A stretch of 35,561 bases of DNA, from contig PFEG01000041.1 of assembly GCA_002793885.1 (NCBI GenBank), positions 1 to 35,561 of the forward strand, written 5' to 3'. The notes beneath the pieces were generated by a model. It had not been told where the DNA came from. It ran no database searches and saw only the letters and a program-made list of their open reading frames with translations. Below, piece after piece: positions 8,084 to 15,641 of this stretch (positions within the stretch are counted from its first letter, which is position 1; every line of letters begins with the position of its first letter). The position numbers were made by a program, and so were the translations under genes. This DNA comes from Candidatus Saccharibacteria bacterium CG10_big_fil_rev_8_21_14_0_10_47_8 (GTDB lineage Bacteria > Patescibacteriota > Saccharimonadia > Saccharimonadales > UBA10212).

Positions 8084-8626
8084 ATGACTAAACGTTATGA
8101 TTCCAGCCGACAATGGTACGCCATTCATACCTACAGTGGCTATGAAGAAAAAGTGGCTGAAAGTATTCGCCAGCGTGCCGAGTCTTTGGATATGGGAGAC
8201 AAGATCTTTCAAGTCCTTGTGCCAAAAGAAAAAATGATAGAGATCAAAAATGGTAAGCGTAGGGTTGTAGAAAAGCGTATCTTTCAAGGTTACGTTCTGG
8301 TGGAGATGAAGTTGTACGAGGACGCCTGGTATATTGTGCGCAATACTCCAAACGTGACCGGTTTTGTGGGTACCGGCACAGAGCCAACTCCTGTTGAAGC
8401 TGACGAAATCGCCAAGATACTAAAACGTATGGGCCGCGATGAGCCAAAGCACAAGTTTGACTACCGAGTCGGAGAAGTTGTCAACATAGTTGACGGCCCG
8501 TTCAAGGGCTTTGACGGAGCTATCAACGAAATAGACGCCCAAAAGGGCAAACTAAAAGTTCTTGTAAACATGTTTGGCCGTGAAACGCCGGTTGAGCTTG
8601 ACGGTCTACAGGTAAAGAGAGTTTAG
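8084..8626 (+). CDS. nusG: Transcription termination/antitermination factor NusG
   Basis: WYAIHTYSGYEEKV, GYVLVEM, VRNTPNVTGFVG, KOW domain IVDGPFKGFDG, FGRETPVEL. Confidence 0.98.
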   Translation: MTKRYDSSRQWYAIHTYSGYEEKVAESIRQRAESLDMGDKIFQVLVPKEKMIEIKNGKRRVVEKRIFQGYVLVEMKLYEDAWYIVRNTPNVTGFVGTGTEPTPVEADEIAKILKRMGRDEPKHKFDYRVGEVVNIVDGPFKGFDGAINEIDAQKGKLKVLVNMFGRETPVELDGLQVKRV

Positions 8627-8643
8627 TTATGGCTGCATCACTC

Positions 8644-8781
8644 CATTGCACATTGCATATTGCACATTTATCATTGATTGATCATTTTACATTTACCAGG
8701 TTCGAAAAGGGCCAAGTGGCAAATGCCAAATCATCAAAAATTGTAAACTGTAAATTGATAACTAAGCAGACGAAAGGAGGC
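8644..8781. repeat. AT-rich heptamer-periodic intergenic element, copy 1
   Basis: ATTGCAC-ATTGCAT-ATTGCAC; imperfect inverted repeat 8678-8698/8717-8737; AATTGTA-AACTGTA-AATTGAT; ends in AGCAGACGAAAGGAGGC. Confidence 0.6.
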
Positions 8782-8786
8782 GTATA

Positions 8787-9215
8787 GTGGCTAAAGAAGT
8801 TAAGGCAAGTTTAAAACTAAAAATTAGAGGCGGGCAGGCCAGTGCCGCGCCGCCGGTTGGCTCAACGCTGGGCCAGTATGGCGTTAACATGATGGATTTT
8901 ATTAACCCGTTTAACGAAGAAACCAAAGACCGTATGGGCCAGAATCTAACGGTTCACGTATCTATTTATGAGGACCGAACCATGAGCTGGCGAGTTGTTG
9001 GGACGCCTACCGACGAGTTGATTCTATCGGCACTTAAAGTAGATAAAGGGTCCGGTGAACCAAACAAGATAAAGCTAGATAAAAAGCTAAGTGACGCTCA
9101 GTTAACTGAGATTGCTGAGGCCAAAGCCGGCGATATGAATACAGAAGATATTGATGCGGTTAAGAAAATGGTTGTCGGCACAGCTCGCAGTATGGGCATA
9201 GAAATCGAGAGCTAA
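8787..9215 (+). CDS. rplK: 50S ribosomal protein L11
   Basis: GGQASAAPPVGSTLGQYGVNMMDF and GTARSMGI; GTG start after AGGAGG. Confidence 0.97.
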   Translation: MAKEVKASLKLKIRGGQASAAPPVGSTLGQYGVNMMDFINPFNEETKDRMGQNLTVHVSIYEDRTMSWRVVGTPTDELILSALKVDKGSGEPNKIKLDKKLSDAQLTEIAEAKAGDMNTEDIDAVKKMVVGTARSMGIEIES

Positions 9216-9227
9216 AGAGTTTTTAGG

Positions 9228-9506
9228 ATGGCAGATTCAACAGAACGCACAATAGGAAACCTTGGTAGTGAGCAAAGAATACGCTCAATACAGAGTGGGG
9301 AAGAACTCCAAGGCCGACCACTAGGGGAAATAGTCGAGTACGCTGGTAACGTTTTGCATTTTGCTCTTGAGGGTCGCTCTTCTGAGGAAATTGCAACGGT
9401 AGGACACAGAATCATTGAGGTACTCAGGCACATGATAGCTGAGCAGGAGCCAGTAGAGCAAAAGTCAGTTGAGCAGTTATCATCCCATGCCGACGACGTG
9501 TATTAA
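9228..9506 (+). CDS. Hypothetical acidic 92-aa protein inserted between rplK and rplA
   Basis: The ORF fills the gap on the operon strand; no motif recognised. Confidence 0.55.
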   Translation: MADSTERTIGNLGSEQRIRSIQSGEELQGRPLGEIVEYAGNVLHFALEGRSSEEIATVGHRIIEVLRHMIAEQEPVEQKSVEQLSSHADDVY

Positions 9507-9525
9507 ATATAACTAAATTAAGTAT

Positions 9526-9557
9526 GTGGGAGAGCTTTAAAAGCTCGCTAACACCAC
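9526..9557 (+). promoter_or_regulatory. Ribosomal protein L1 binding site (autoregulatory mRNA element)
   Basis: GTGG-GA-GAGCTTT-AAAAGCTC-GCTAACA-CCAC: two stems around an asymmetric loop, like known L1 mRNA targets, directly before the rplA RBS. Confidence 0.75.
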
Positions 9558-9570
9558 GGAAGGATACGAA

Positions 9571-10578
9571 ATGACCAAGAAAGAAGAACAGATCACAGAA
9601 ACCGAAATAAAAGAAACAAAGCAAGCAAGTGTCAAAGCCGTTTCAAAAAAGCTTGCAGTTAAAAAGCTAAAGACCGACAAGGTTGTCGAAATACAGGCCA
9701 CCGAAGAGATTGTTGAGCAAACCGATGCGAAAGACACCGATAAACCATCGGAGCCTTTGGCAAAATCGGGTAAGCGAAGCGCCCAGGCTCTCGAAGAAGC
9801 CCAAGAGAAAAAAGCTAAAGAAACTCGCAAAGCCAAAAAAACAACAACTGAAAGTCAAGAAGCTAAAAAGTCCACAAAAAAGCCAACCCGCTCAAAGTTG
9901 GAACGGGCTGGTAAAAAATTCAGAGAAGCCGCCAAGCTGGTTGATAAGTCAAAAACTTACACCTTGGTTGAAGCCTTAGAATTAGCTACAAAGACCAGCC
10001 CAACAAAATTTGACGCGACTGTTGAGCTGCACATTAACTTAAATGTTGACCCCAAGCAGGCTGATCAAAATATCCGCGGTGTAGTGGCCCTGCCGGCTGG
10101 AACTGGTAAGCCTGTCCGCGTAGCGGTTCTGGCCGATGCGGACGACGCAGGTAAGGCTCAAAAGGCCGGGGCAGATATTGTCGGCAGCGATGAGCTGTTT
10201 CAACAGTTAGACAAAGAGAACATAAACTTTGATGTGCTAATAGCTACCCCCGCGTTAATGCAGCGATTGAGTAAATACGCCCGTTTGCTTGGGCCGCGCG
10301 GACTGATGCCCAATCCTAAAAGCGGAACAGTAACTGCCGATGTAGCAAAAGCCGTAGCCGAAGCCAAAGCCGGCCGGGTAGAATACCGGGTGGACAGCAA
10401 CGGCATAATCCACCTGGGTATTGGAAAGGTAGGCTTTGGGGCGAGTAAACTTACGCAAAACGCCGAGGCTGTAATAGCTAGCATACGGGCTGCTAAGCCG
10501 GCCGGTTTAAAGAGTACCTACATTAAGTCTCTGTACATCTCAAGCACCATGGGCCCTAGTATCAATACACAGCCCTAA
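9571..10578 (+). CDS. rplA: 50S ribosomal protein L1 with a long Lys/Glu-rich N-terminal extension
   Basis: [48 protein letters not shown]. Confidence 0.97.
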   Translation: MTKKEEQITETEIKETKQASVKAVSKKLAVKKLKTDKVVEIQATEEIVEQTDAKDTDKPSEPLAKSGKRSAQALEEAQEKKAKETRKAKKTTTESQEAKKSTKKPTRSKLERAGKKFREAAKLVDKSKTYTLVEALELATKTSPTKFDATVELHINLNVDPKQADQNIRGVVALPAGTGKPVRVAVLADADDAGKAQKAGADIVGSDELFQQLDKENINFDVLIATPALMQRLSKYARLLGPRGLMPNPKSGTVTADVAKAVAEAKAGRVEYRVDSNGIIHLGIGKVGFGASKLTQNAEAVIASIRAAKPAGLKSTYIKSLYISSTMGPSINTQP

Positions 10579-10667
10579 GCAACCCATAAAACCACAACGA
10601 GTTGACGCTTGCGGCTAGTTGTAATTATCAGTTAGACTATTAATATAAGGAGTTAGGGGCGTATTTA

Positions 10668-11372
10668 ATGGCGGTATTTAGTAACAAGCAAATTCGTGAA
10701 GCCATTAAGAGTGGCCACATTATCTGCCACCCCCTGGTTGATAGCTATATTGCTGGCAGTAGTTTAGATGTGACACTCGGATACTGGTTCTACCGGACCG
10801 AAAGGACCGGCAGCAGCGGTTTCTATAACCCATTCGATAAAAGCGACGTCGATCGTTACTTTGACGGACCCTATAAAGCCGAAGCCCACGAAAAGTGGGC
10901 TAGCATTAACGGCCGAAAGCTATTTAAAGGTATACCCCCGAAGCATCCAATAATCGTGTTAAGGCCAGGCGAGAGAATTCTTGCCCATACCCATGAGTTC
11001 ATAGGTATAAAAGCTCCAGGCACTAGCACTATGCAAGCTCGTAGTACGTGGGGCCGCAGTGGTATATCGGCCTGTTTGGACGCCGGTTGGGGAGACCCCG
11101 GATATATTAACCGCTGGACAATGGAAATATATAATATGAACCAGCATGAGAGCGTGGCCATACCTGTTGGAGAACGAATTGCCCAGATGGTTTTTTACGA
11201 AACCGGCCCTGTCGAAGGCGAATACGCAAAACTAAGTGGCAAATACCAATCCGGGAGGGGTACCGAGCTTTCAAAAATAATTAAAACGTGGACTCCGGGG
11301 CAGCTGCTGCCGAGAGCATATAAAGATAGCCGAACAATGCCGTTGAAAATTAAAGGTTTAAAGATTCTGTAG
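10668..11372 (+). CDS. dcd: dCTP deaminase (trimeric dUTPase fold)
   Basis: SSLDVTLG, ARSTWGRSG, AGWGDPGY, TMEI, GERIAQMVF, GKYQ. Confidence 0.88.
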   Translation: MAVFSNKQIREAIKSGHIICHPLVDSYIAGSSLDVTLGYWFYRTERTGSSGFYNPFDKSDVDRYFDGPYKAEAHEKWASINGRKLFKGIPPKHPIIVLRPGERILAHTHEFIGIKAPGTSTMQARSTWGRSGISACLDAGWGDPGYINRWTMEIYNMNQHESVAIPVGERIAQMVFYETGPVEGEYAKLSGKYQSGRGTELSKIIKTWTPGQLLPRAYKDSRTMPLKIKGLKIL

Positions 11373-11404
11373 GTGGATATGCAGGCGTTACTAAAGGATA
11401 AAGC

Positions 11405-13414
11405 ATGCAAAACCACCCCGGAATATTTATAGTCATAGAAGGCTCAGACGGGTCTGGTAAAACAACTCAATTTAACCTGCTGAAGGAGCGTCTTGAAGCA
11501 GTCGGTTATGATGTTGAAGTATTTAAATTTCCACAATATGACCAGGACTCTAGTCACTTTGTGCGTCGCTATTTGAATGGTGACTATGGCCCCGCCAGTG
11601 ATATTAATCCATATACAGCCTCCTTGTTTTACGCGCTAGATCGTTTTGAAGGAGCTCCACGGATTAGAAAAGCTCTTGAAGCAAGCAAGGTTGTACTGTC
11701 CGACAGGTATGCTGGCGCCAATATGGCTCACCAAGGGTCAAAATTCGCTAGTGCCGCCGAAAAACGTGGCTTTTTTATCTGGGCTGATAGCATGGAATTT
11801 CAATTACTGGGCATCCCGCGGCCGAATATAAATATATACCTGAGAGTACCGGCGGAAGTGTCGTTTGAGTTAATTGCAAAACGAGCAGCACGTAGCTACA
11901 CCGATAAAACACATGATGAGCATGAAGCCGATATCAATCATCTAAAACAAGCCGTTGAAACCTATGATTTACTGTGCCAGTTATTCCCCAAGGACTTCTA
12001 TGCCGTTGACTGTACCGATGGCGGACAAATGCTTAGTATTCCGACAATCAATGATCACATATGGCAGTATTTGCAGCCGTTTTTGAGTAGTATGCCTAAA
12101 CATCAACCGCACAGTAAAACAGTCAGACTGAGTGGCCCTCCAATCCCCGAGTCGCAGGACAATCGCGGACCCGGCATAACTAATTTTGATATTGACATCC
12201 AAGGCCAGCCGCTTAAGATTAAGTTGAATCATCTTAGCCTTTTAGCGGCCCGCAACTTGGTGGCAACCATGGGTATAGATGCCCAACTGAGGCTTAGTAA
12301 GAAAACAGCTGTTTACGAGCCCAAGCTCCATAGCCAGCAACTTCTCAAACGCTATAGGCAGATTATGGCAGAAACCATCGCGCGCCATCAATTAATGCTA
12401 AAGCTCTTACAAAAATCTAATAAAACTAACTCTAAGCCAACAGGCGTACTACTAGCAGCCACGCCTTTAGCATATTTTTGTGATGTTGACATCCGGGGTG
12501 AATCATCTGCACTACAAAAATTAATTATAGAAATGTCTGATTCGAAGTTAGCTGAGCTTGGTATGATAAGCCAGACTTTGTACTCTTCGGCACACAAAAA
12601 ACGCCCGAACGATTTTAAAACTCCAGAAATCCAAAAGTTAAAACAAGTGTTTAGCGATAACACTAACAACATGGTTGGCAAGTTACCCCAAACGTTGGGC
12701 AACCCCGATACTCTGCTCCGGCTTATCGCAGCCCGGCCGCGCAACGAGTTCGATCTAATAAATGATGCCGTCTACAAAAACAGTTCGCTCGACAGATCAG
12801 AAGTTTTATCGGCTATTGATAATCTTAGCTACGAACTAAAAACAGAATTACTAAAGCATTACTTCGAAGCGCTTGAATCTGAACCTAGTACGGCCCAAGC
12901 GATCAGCTACGAGTGGGAAATGCTAGCCAGCGGAGTAACCCTAGACTATCTCCTCCGAAACAGGCTGTTAGACCGGGTAATTTTGCAGTCGGCAACCCCA
13001 CGCTATGGCTACGAAGTCCCCGATTGGGTGAGCAGTGCCGGTATCGAGGAGCTATTTACTGAATGTTTCGATGATAGCCTGACTTTATTTAGCGAGTTGC
13101 AATCCGGCGGCCATGAAGAAGAAGCCCAGTACGCCGTGTTGATGGGCCACCGGCTTAGATGGCAGGTAACCATGTCGCTTAACAAAATTCTACGTTTTAA
13201 AGTCTTAACTGGTGACTCTAATTGTCCTGCCGAAGCCAAGTCCTTGTATGAATCCATGCAGCTGGCAATCAGCCAGACTCATCCGTTAATCGGAGAGTGG
13301 CTAATAGCCCAGGAAACCCCGAGACAACTCAGAACGGCTACTACACCGAAAGTTAATAGAGCCGCAAGGCACCAAAAAAAGCACCCTAAAAAACCGACCC
13401 AGGATAACTTGTAA
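11405..13414 (+). CDS. tmk: Thymidylate kinase fused to a degenerate ThyX-like (flavin-dependent thymidylate synthase) region
   Basis: N-terminal EGSDGSGKTT, FPQY and LSDRY are Tmk motifs. C-terminal TPRYGYEVP, EEAQYAVLMGH and HPLIG resemble CPR double-domain ThyX, but the RHR motif reads RNR. Confidence 0.8.
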   Translation: MQNHPGIFIVIEGSDGSGKTTQFNLLKERLEAVGYDVEVFKFPQYDQDSSHFVRRYLNGDYGPASDINPYTASLFYALDRFEGAPRIRKALEASKVVLSDRYAGANMAHQGSKFASAAEKRGFFIWADSMEFQLLGIPRPNINIYLRVPAEVSFELIAKRAARSYTDKTHDEHEADINHLKQAVETYDLLCQLFPKDFYAVDCTDGGQMLSIPTINDHIWQYLQPFLSSMPKHQPHSKTVRLSGPPIPESQDNRGPGITNFDIDIQGQPLKIKLNHLSLLAARNLVATMGIDAQLRLSKKTAVYEPKLHSQQLLKRYRQIMAETIARHQLMLKLLQKSNKTNSKPTGVLLAATPLAYFCDVDIRGESSALQKLIIEMSDSKLAELGMISQTLYSSAHKKRPNDFKTPEIQKLKQVFSDNTNNMVGKLPQTLGNPDTLLRLIAARPRNEFDLINDAVYKNSSLDRSEVLSAIDNLSYELKTELLKHYFEALESEPSTAQAISYEWEMLASGVTLDYLLRNRLLDRVILQSATPRYGYEVPDWVSSAGIEELFTECFDDSLTLFSELQSGGHEEEAQYAVLMGHRLRWQVTMSLNKILRFKVLTGDSNCPAEAKSLYESMQLAISQTHPLIGEWLIAQETPRQLRTATTPKVNRAARHQKKHPKKPTQDNL

Positions 13415-13416
13415 TC

Positions 13417-13550
13417 CTGACCCACACTCACTTTTTAACCTGAGATACCTCTACCCCTGTTAAGCAATTACATAAAATATCCGATCGGATCAAATATGTA
13501 ATTTTAACAGATAAAAAGCAAGATATACTTAAAAAAGTGAGTGGGGTCAT
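13417..13550. mobile_element. 134-bp MITE-like element with terminal inverted repeats and a 9-bp target-site duplication
   Basis: TGACCCACACTCACTTTTTAA (13418-13438) is inverted to TTAAAAAAGTGAGTGGGGTCA (13529-13549). CTTGTAATC lies directly outside both ends (13408-13416 and 13551-13559). Confidence 0.65.
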
Positions 13551-13593
13551 CTTGTAATCTGTGGCCAGGTTTGTTAAAATTGTACTTAAGATT

Positions 13594-13706
13594 ACCAAAG
13601 ACAGTAGCTTTCGCTCAAAAGGCGGATTAATTCGCTATCGAGGTTGCAATGTAGAATTATAGGTTCTAATCGCTCCAACTTTGGTGTATCTAACCAAAGT
13701 TTTTTT
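13594..13706 (+). promoter_or_regulatory. L10 leader (rplJL autoregulatory RNA) with attenuator-like terminator
   Basis: CCAAAGACAGTAGC...TTAA...GCTATCGAGGT matches the L10 leader consensus (AGACAGTAGG...TTAA...CCTACCGAGG). Hairpin AACTTTGGT/ACCAAAGTT plus a T-run at 13677-13706; TG-n-TAAAAT at 13572-13580. Confidence 0.85.
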
Positions 13707-13771
13707 ATTGGCAGATAAGTGAAAACAGCCCCTTCACAACCTGGTAATAATCAGATTAAGGAGATTAATTA

Positions 13772-14299
13772 ATGGCTCTAAGTAAACAGAAAAAGTCAGA
13801 CATAGTATCTGAGGTCAGCGATCTGCTGGCACGTTCAAAGCTGACCGTTATCGCAAGGTACAAGGGTACGCCCGTCAAAGCCATGCAACAGCTGCGTAAA
13901 GAGGCCTACGAAAACCACACGCAGGTGATGGTCATTAAAAACCGATTGGTTAAAAAAGCCATCGAGCAAAGCCCCACCTTCAAGGATATTGATACAAATA
14001 TCCTGCAAGGACAGCTACTGTACGCTTTTAGCGGGGAAGACGAAGTGGCTCCAGCCCAATCGCTGGCGAATTTCGCCAAACAGGAACCACAAATTGAATT
14101 TGTCGGCGCCTTAACGGCCGAAGGGCAATTGCTAGCGCCCCAAGATGTTAGCGCCTTGGCCCAACTGCCCAGTAAAGACCAATTGCGCGGCATATTGGCC
14201 GGTACTATCGCCGCTCCGCTTAGCAGTTTTGTAAGTGTGGCATCGGGTAATATTCGAGGCGTGCTAAACGTCCTGACCGCCCGAGCTGAAGCGATTTAA
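13772..14299 (+). CDS. rplJ: 50S ribosomal protein L10
   Basis: YKGTPVKAMQQLRK, VIKNRL, LAQLPSKDQL. Confidence 0.96.
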   Translation: MALSKQKKSDIVSEVSDLLARSKLTVIARYKGTPVKAMQQLRKEAYENHTQVMVIKNRLVKKAIEQSPTFKDIDTNILQGQLLYAFSGEDEVAPAQSLANFAKQEPQIEFVGALTAEGQLLAPQDVSALAQLPSKDQLRGILAGTIAAPLSSFVSVASGNIRGVLNVLTARAEAI

Positions 14300-14331
14300 T
14301 CAGATAAGCAAGTTAAATAAGGAGATAAATT

Positions 14332-14763
14332 ATGGCCGAAAGTGAAGCCAAAGAGACAAAGAAAGAATCAAAGGTAGAAGTTCCTAAAGAGTTCGCGACT
14401 CTAGTGGAACAGTTGGACAAACTAAGCGCGCTAGAAATTAGCAAGTTCGTAAAGTTTTTAGAGGAGTACTGGAATGTTAGCGCGGCCGCACCCGCAATTG
14501 CCATAGCTGCCCCGGCAGGCGGCGATAATGGTGCCCCGGCTGCCGACGAAAAAAGCGAATATGACGTAATCCTTAAAGATGCCGGCGCCCAAAAGGTAGC
14601 CGTCATCAAGGCCGTCAAGGATATCACCGGCCTGGGACTAGGTGAATCTAAAGCTATCGTGGATAGCGTGCCCAAGGCTGTCAAAGAGAAGATTGCCAAA
14701 GACGAGGCTGAATCTATCAAAAAAACTCTTGAAGATGTTGGCGCTACCGCAGAGTTAGCTTAA
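14332..14763 (+). CDS. rplL: 50S ribosomal protein L7/L12
   Basis: Ala/Pro hinge, [34 protein letters not shown]. Confidence 0.97.
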   Translation: MAESEAKETKKESKVEVPKEFATLVEQLDKLSALEISKFVKFLEEYWNVSAAAPAIAIAAPAGGDNGAPAADEKSEYDVILKDAGAQKVAVIKAVKDITGLGLGESKAIVDSVPKAVKEKIAKDEAESIKKTLEDVGATAELA

Positions 14764-14785
14764 AAACTAACCAACAAAATTTCTC

Positions 14786-14822
14786 AAATACCCCGAGGGG
14801 ACAGCCTTTCGGGGTATTTTTG
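14786..14822 (+). terminator. Intrinsic terminator after rplL
   Basis: AAATACCCCGA...TCGGGGTATTT hairpin ending in a T-run. Confidence 0.85.
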
Positions 14823-14840
14823 ATACCTAGGTTGCCGTAT

Positions 14841-14896
14841 TTATCCACAGACTAGCTACTTGACACTTTGACTTGGAATACTAACTATGGTAATTT
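14841..14896 (+). promoter_or_regulatory. Perfect DnaA box followed by a sigma70 promoter
   Basis: TTATCCACA at 14841-14849; TTGACT (14868-14873), 17 nt, TG-n-TAATTT (14891-14896). Confidence 0.5.
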
Positions 14897-14951
14897 TGGG
14901 GTAGTTGAGGCCAAACAAAGATTTTAAGAGGCTGGGAGTCACCAAGCAACA

Positions 14952-15464
14952 ATGGCAGAGTTACCTGACAAACAAATAAAGCGACTAAGGACTTTAATTG
15001 CTGAAGCAGAGACCAGTTTGGCCGCTGCTAAAGAGTTATTGGTGAGCCTGGTAGGCGACGATCCGGTCTTGCTCGACAAGGTGAAAGATACTTCTATGGG
15101 CAAGGTAATAGAAGGTGTTTTTGATGGCCAGACAATGGTTGGTTCCGATGGCAAAACCTATCCGGTGCCAGCCAATTACGCCAGCAAGTCAAAGCTCGTC
15201 CAGGGTGATATTTTAAAACTGACCATCGCTGATGATGGGGCGTTTATGTACAAGCAAATCGGCCCGATTCCCAGAAAACAGATCGTCGGCGTGCTTAACC
15301 AAAAAGACGGCCACTATTTCGTGGACACTAGCGATAAAAAATATCGGGTACTGCTGGCTAGCGTTACATACTTCAAGGCTAAACCCGGGGATCAGGTAAG
15401 CATAAACGTGCCGGAAGACGACAGCGTTAACGCCGAGTGGGCCGCCTTAGAAGCAGCCCTGTAG
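14952..15464 (+). CDS. Conserved CPR hypothetical protein: N-terminal helix plus two tandem beta-barrel-like repeats
   Basis: KVIEGVFDGQTMVGSDGKTYPVPANYASKSKLVQGDILKLTI and KQIVGVL...DKKYRVLLASVTYFKAKPGDQVSI look like an internal duplication. Confidence 0.7.
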   Translation: MAELPDKQIKRLRTLIAEAETSLAAAKELLVSLVGDDPVLLDKVKDTSMGKVIEGVFDGQTMVGSDGKTYPVPANYASKSKLVQGDILKLTIADDGAFMYKQIGPIPRKQIVGVLNQKDGHYFVDTSDKKYRVLLASVTYFKAKPGDQVSINVPEDDSVNAEWAALEAAL

Positions 15465-15531
15465 CTTTTGACTATTGCACAACGCCTATTAGCCGCTTCC
15501 TAAGGTATACTTAGCGTCTATATAGGGGCAG

Positions 15532-15619
15532 GCCCAGTAGTAGACTTTCGCGTTGTCCGTCTTGGGCGGGCCTAGCAGTCGACAGTAAGTCGACTGGTCG
15601 CGAAAGCTCACTACTGGGC
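15532..15619 (+). ncRNA. Candidate structured RNA (three-way junction) upstream of dnaX
   Basis: Closing stems GCCCAGTAGT/ACTACTGGGC and CTTTCGCG/CGCGAAAG; inner hairpins GTCCGTC/GGCGGGC and CAGTCGAC/GTCGACTG; TATACT at 15506-15511 upstream. Confidence 0.55.
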
Positions 15620-15641
15620 AAGCGTTATAATGGAGGCGTAA

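Noticed and set aside
8644..8763. CRISPR array interpretation of the periodic repeats (also 20018-20147)
   Set aside because: The units are 7 nt, degenerate and have no spacers; no cas genes are present.
14841..14849. oriC call from the DnaA box
   Set aside because: Only one box was seen, with no cluster, unwinding element or dnaA/dnaN nearby.
15532..15619. Calling the structured RNA an SRP RNA (ffs) or tRNA
   Set aside because: It lacks the SRP domain IV internal loops with the GGAA tetraloop, and has no T-arm or CCA; kept only as an unnamed RNA.
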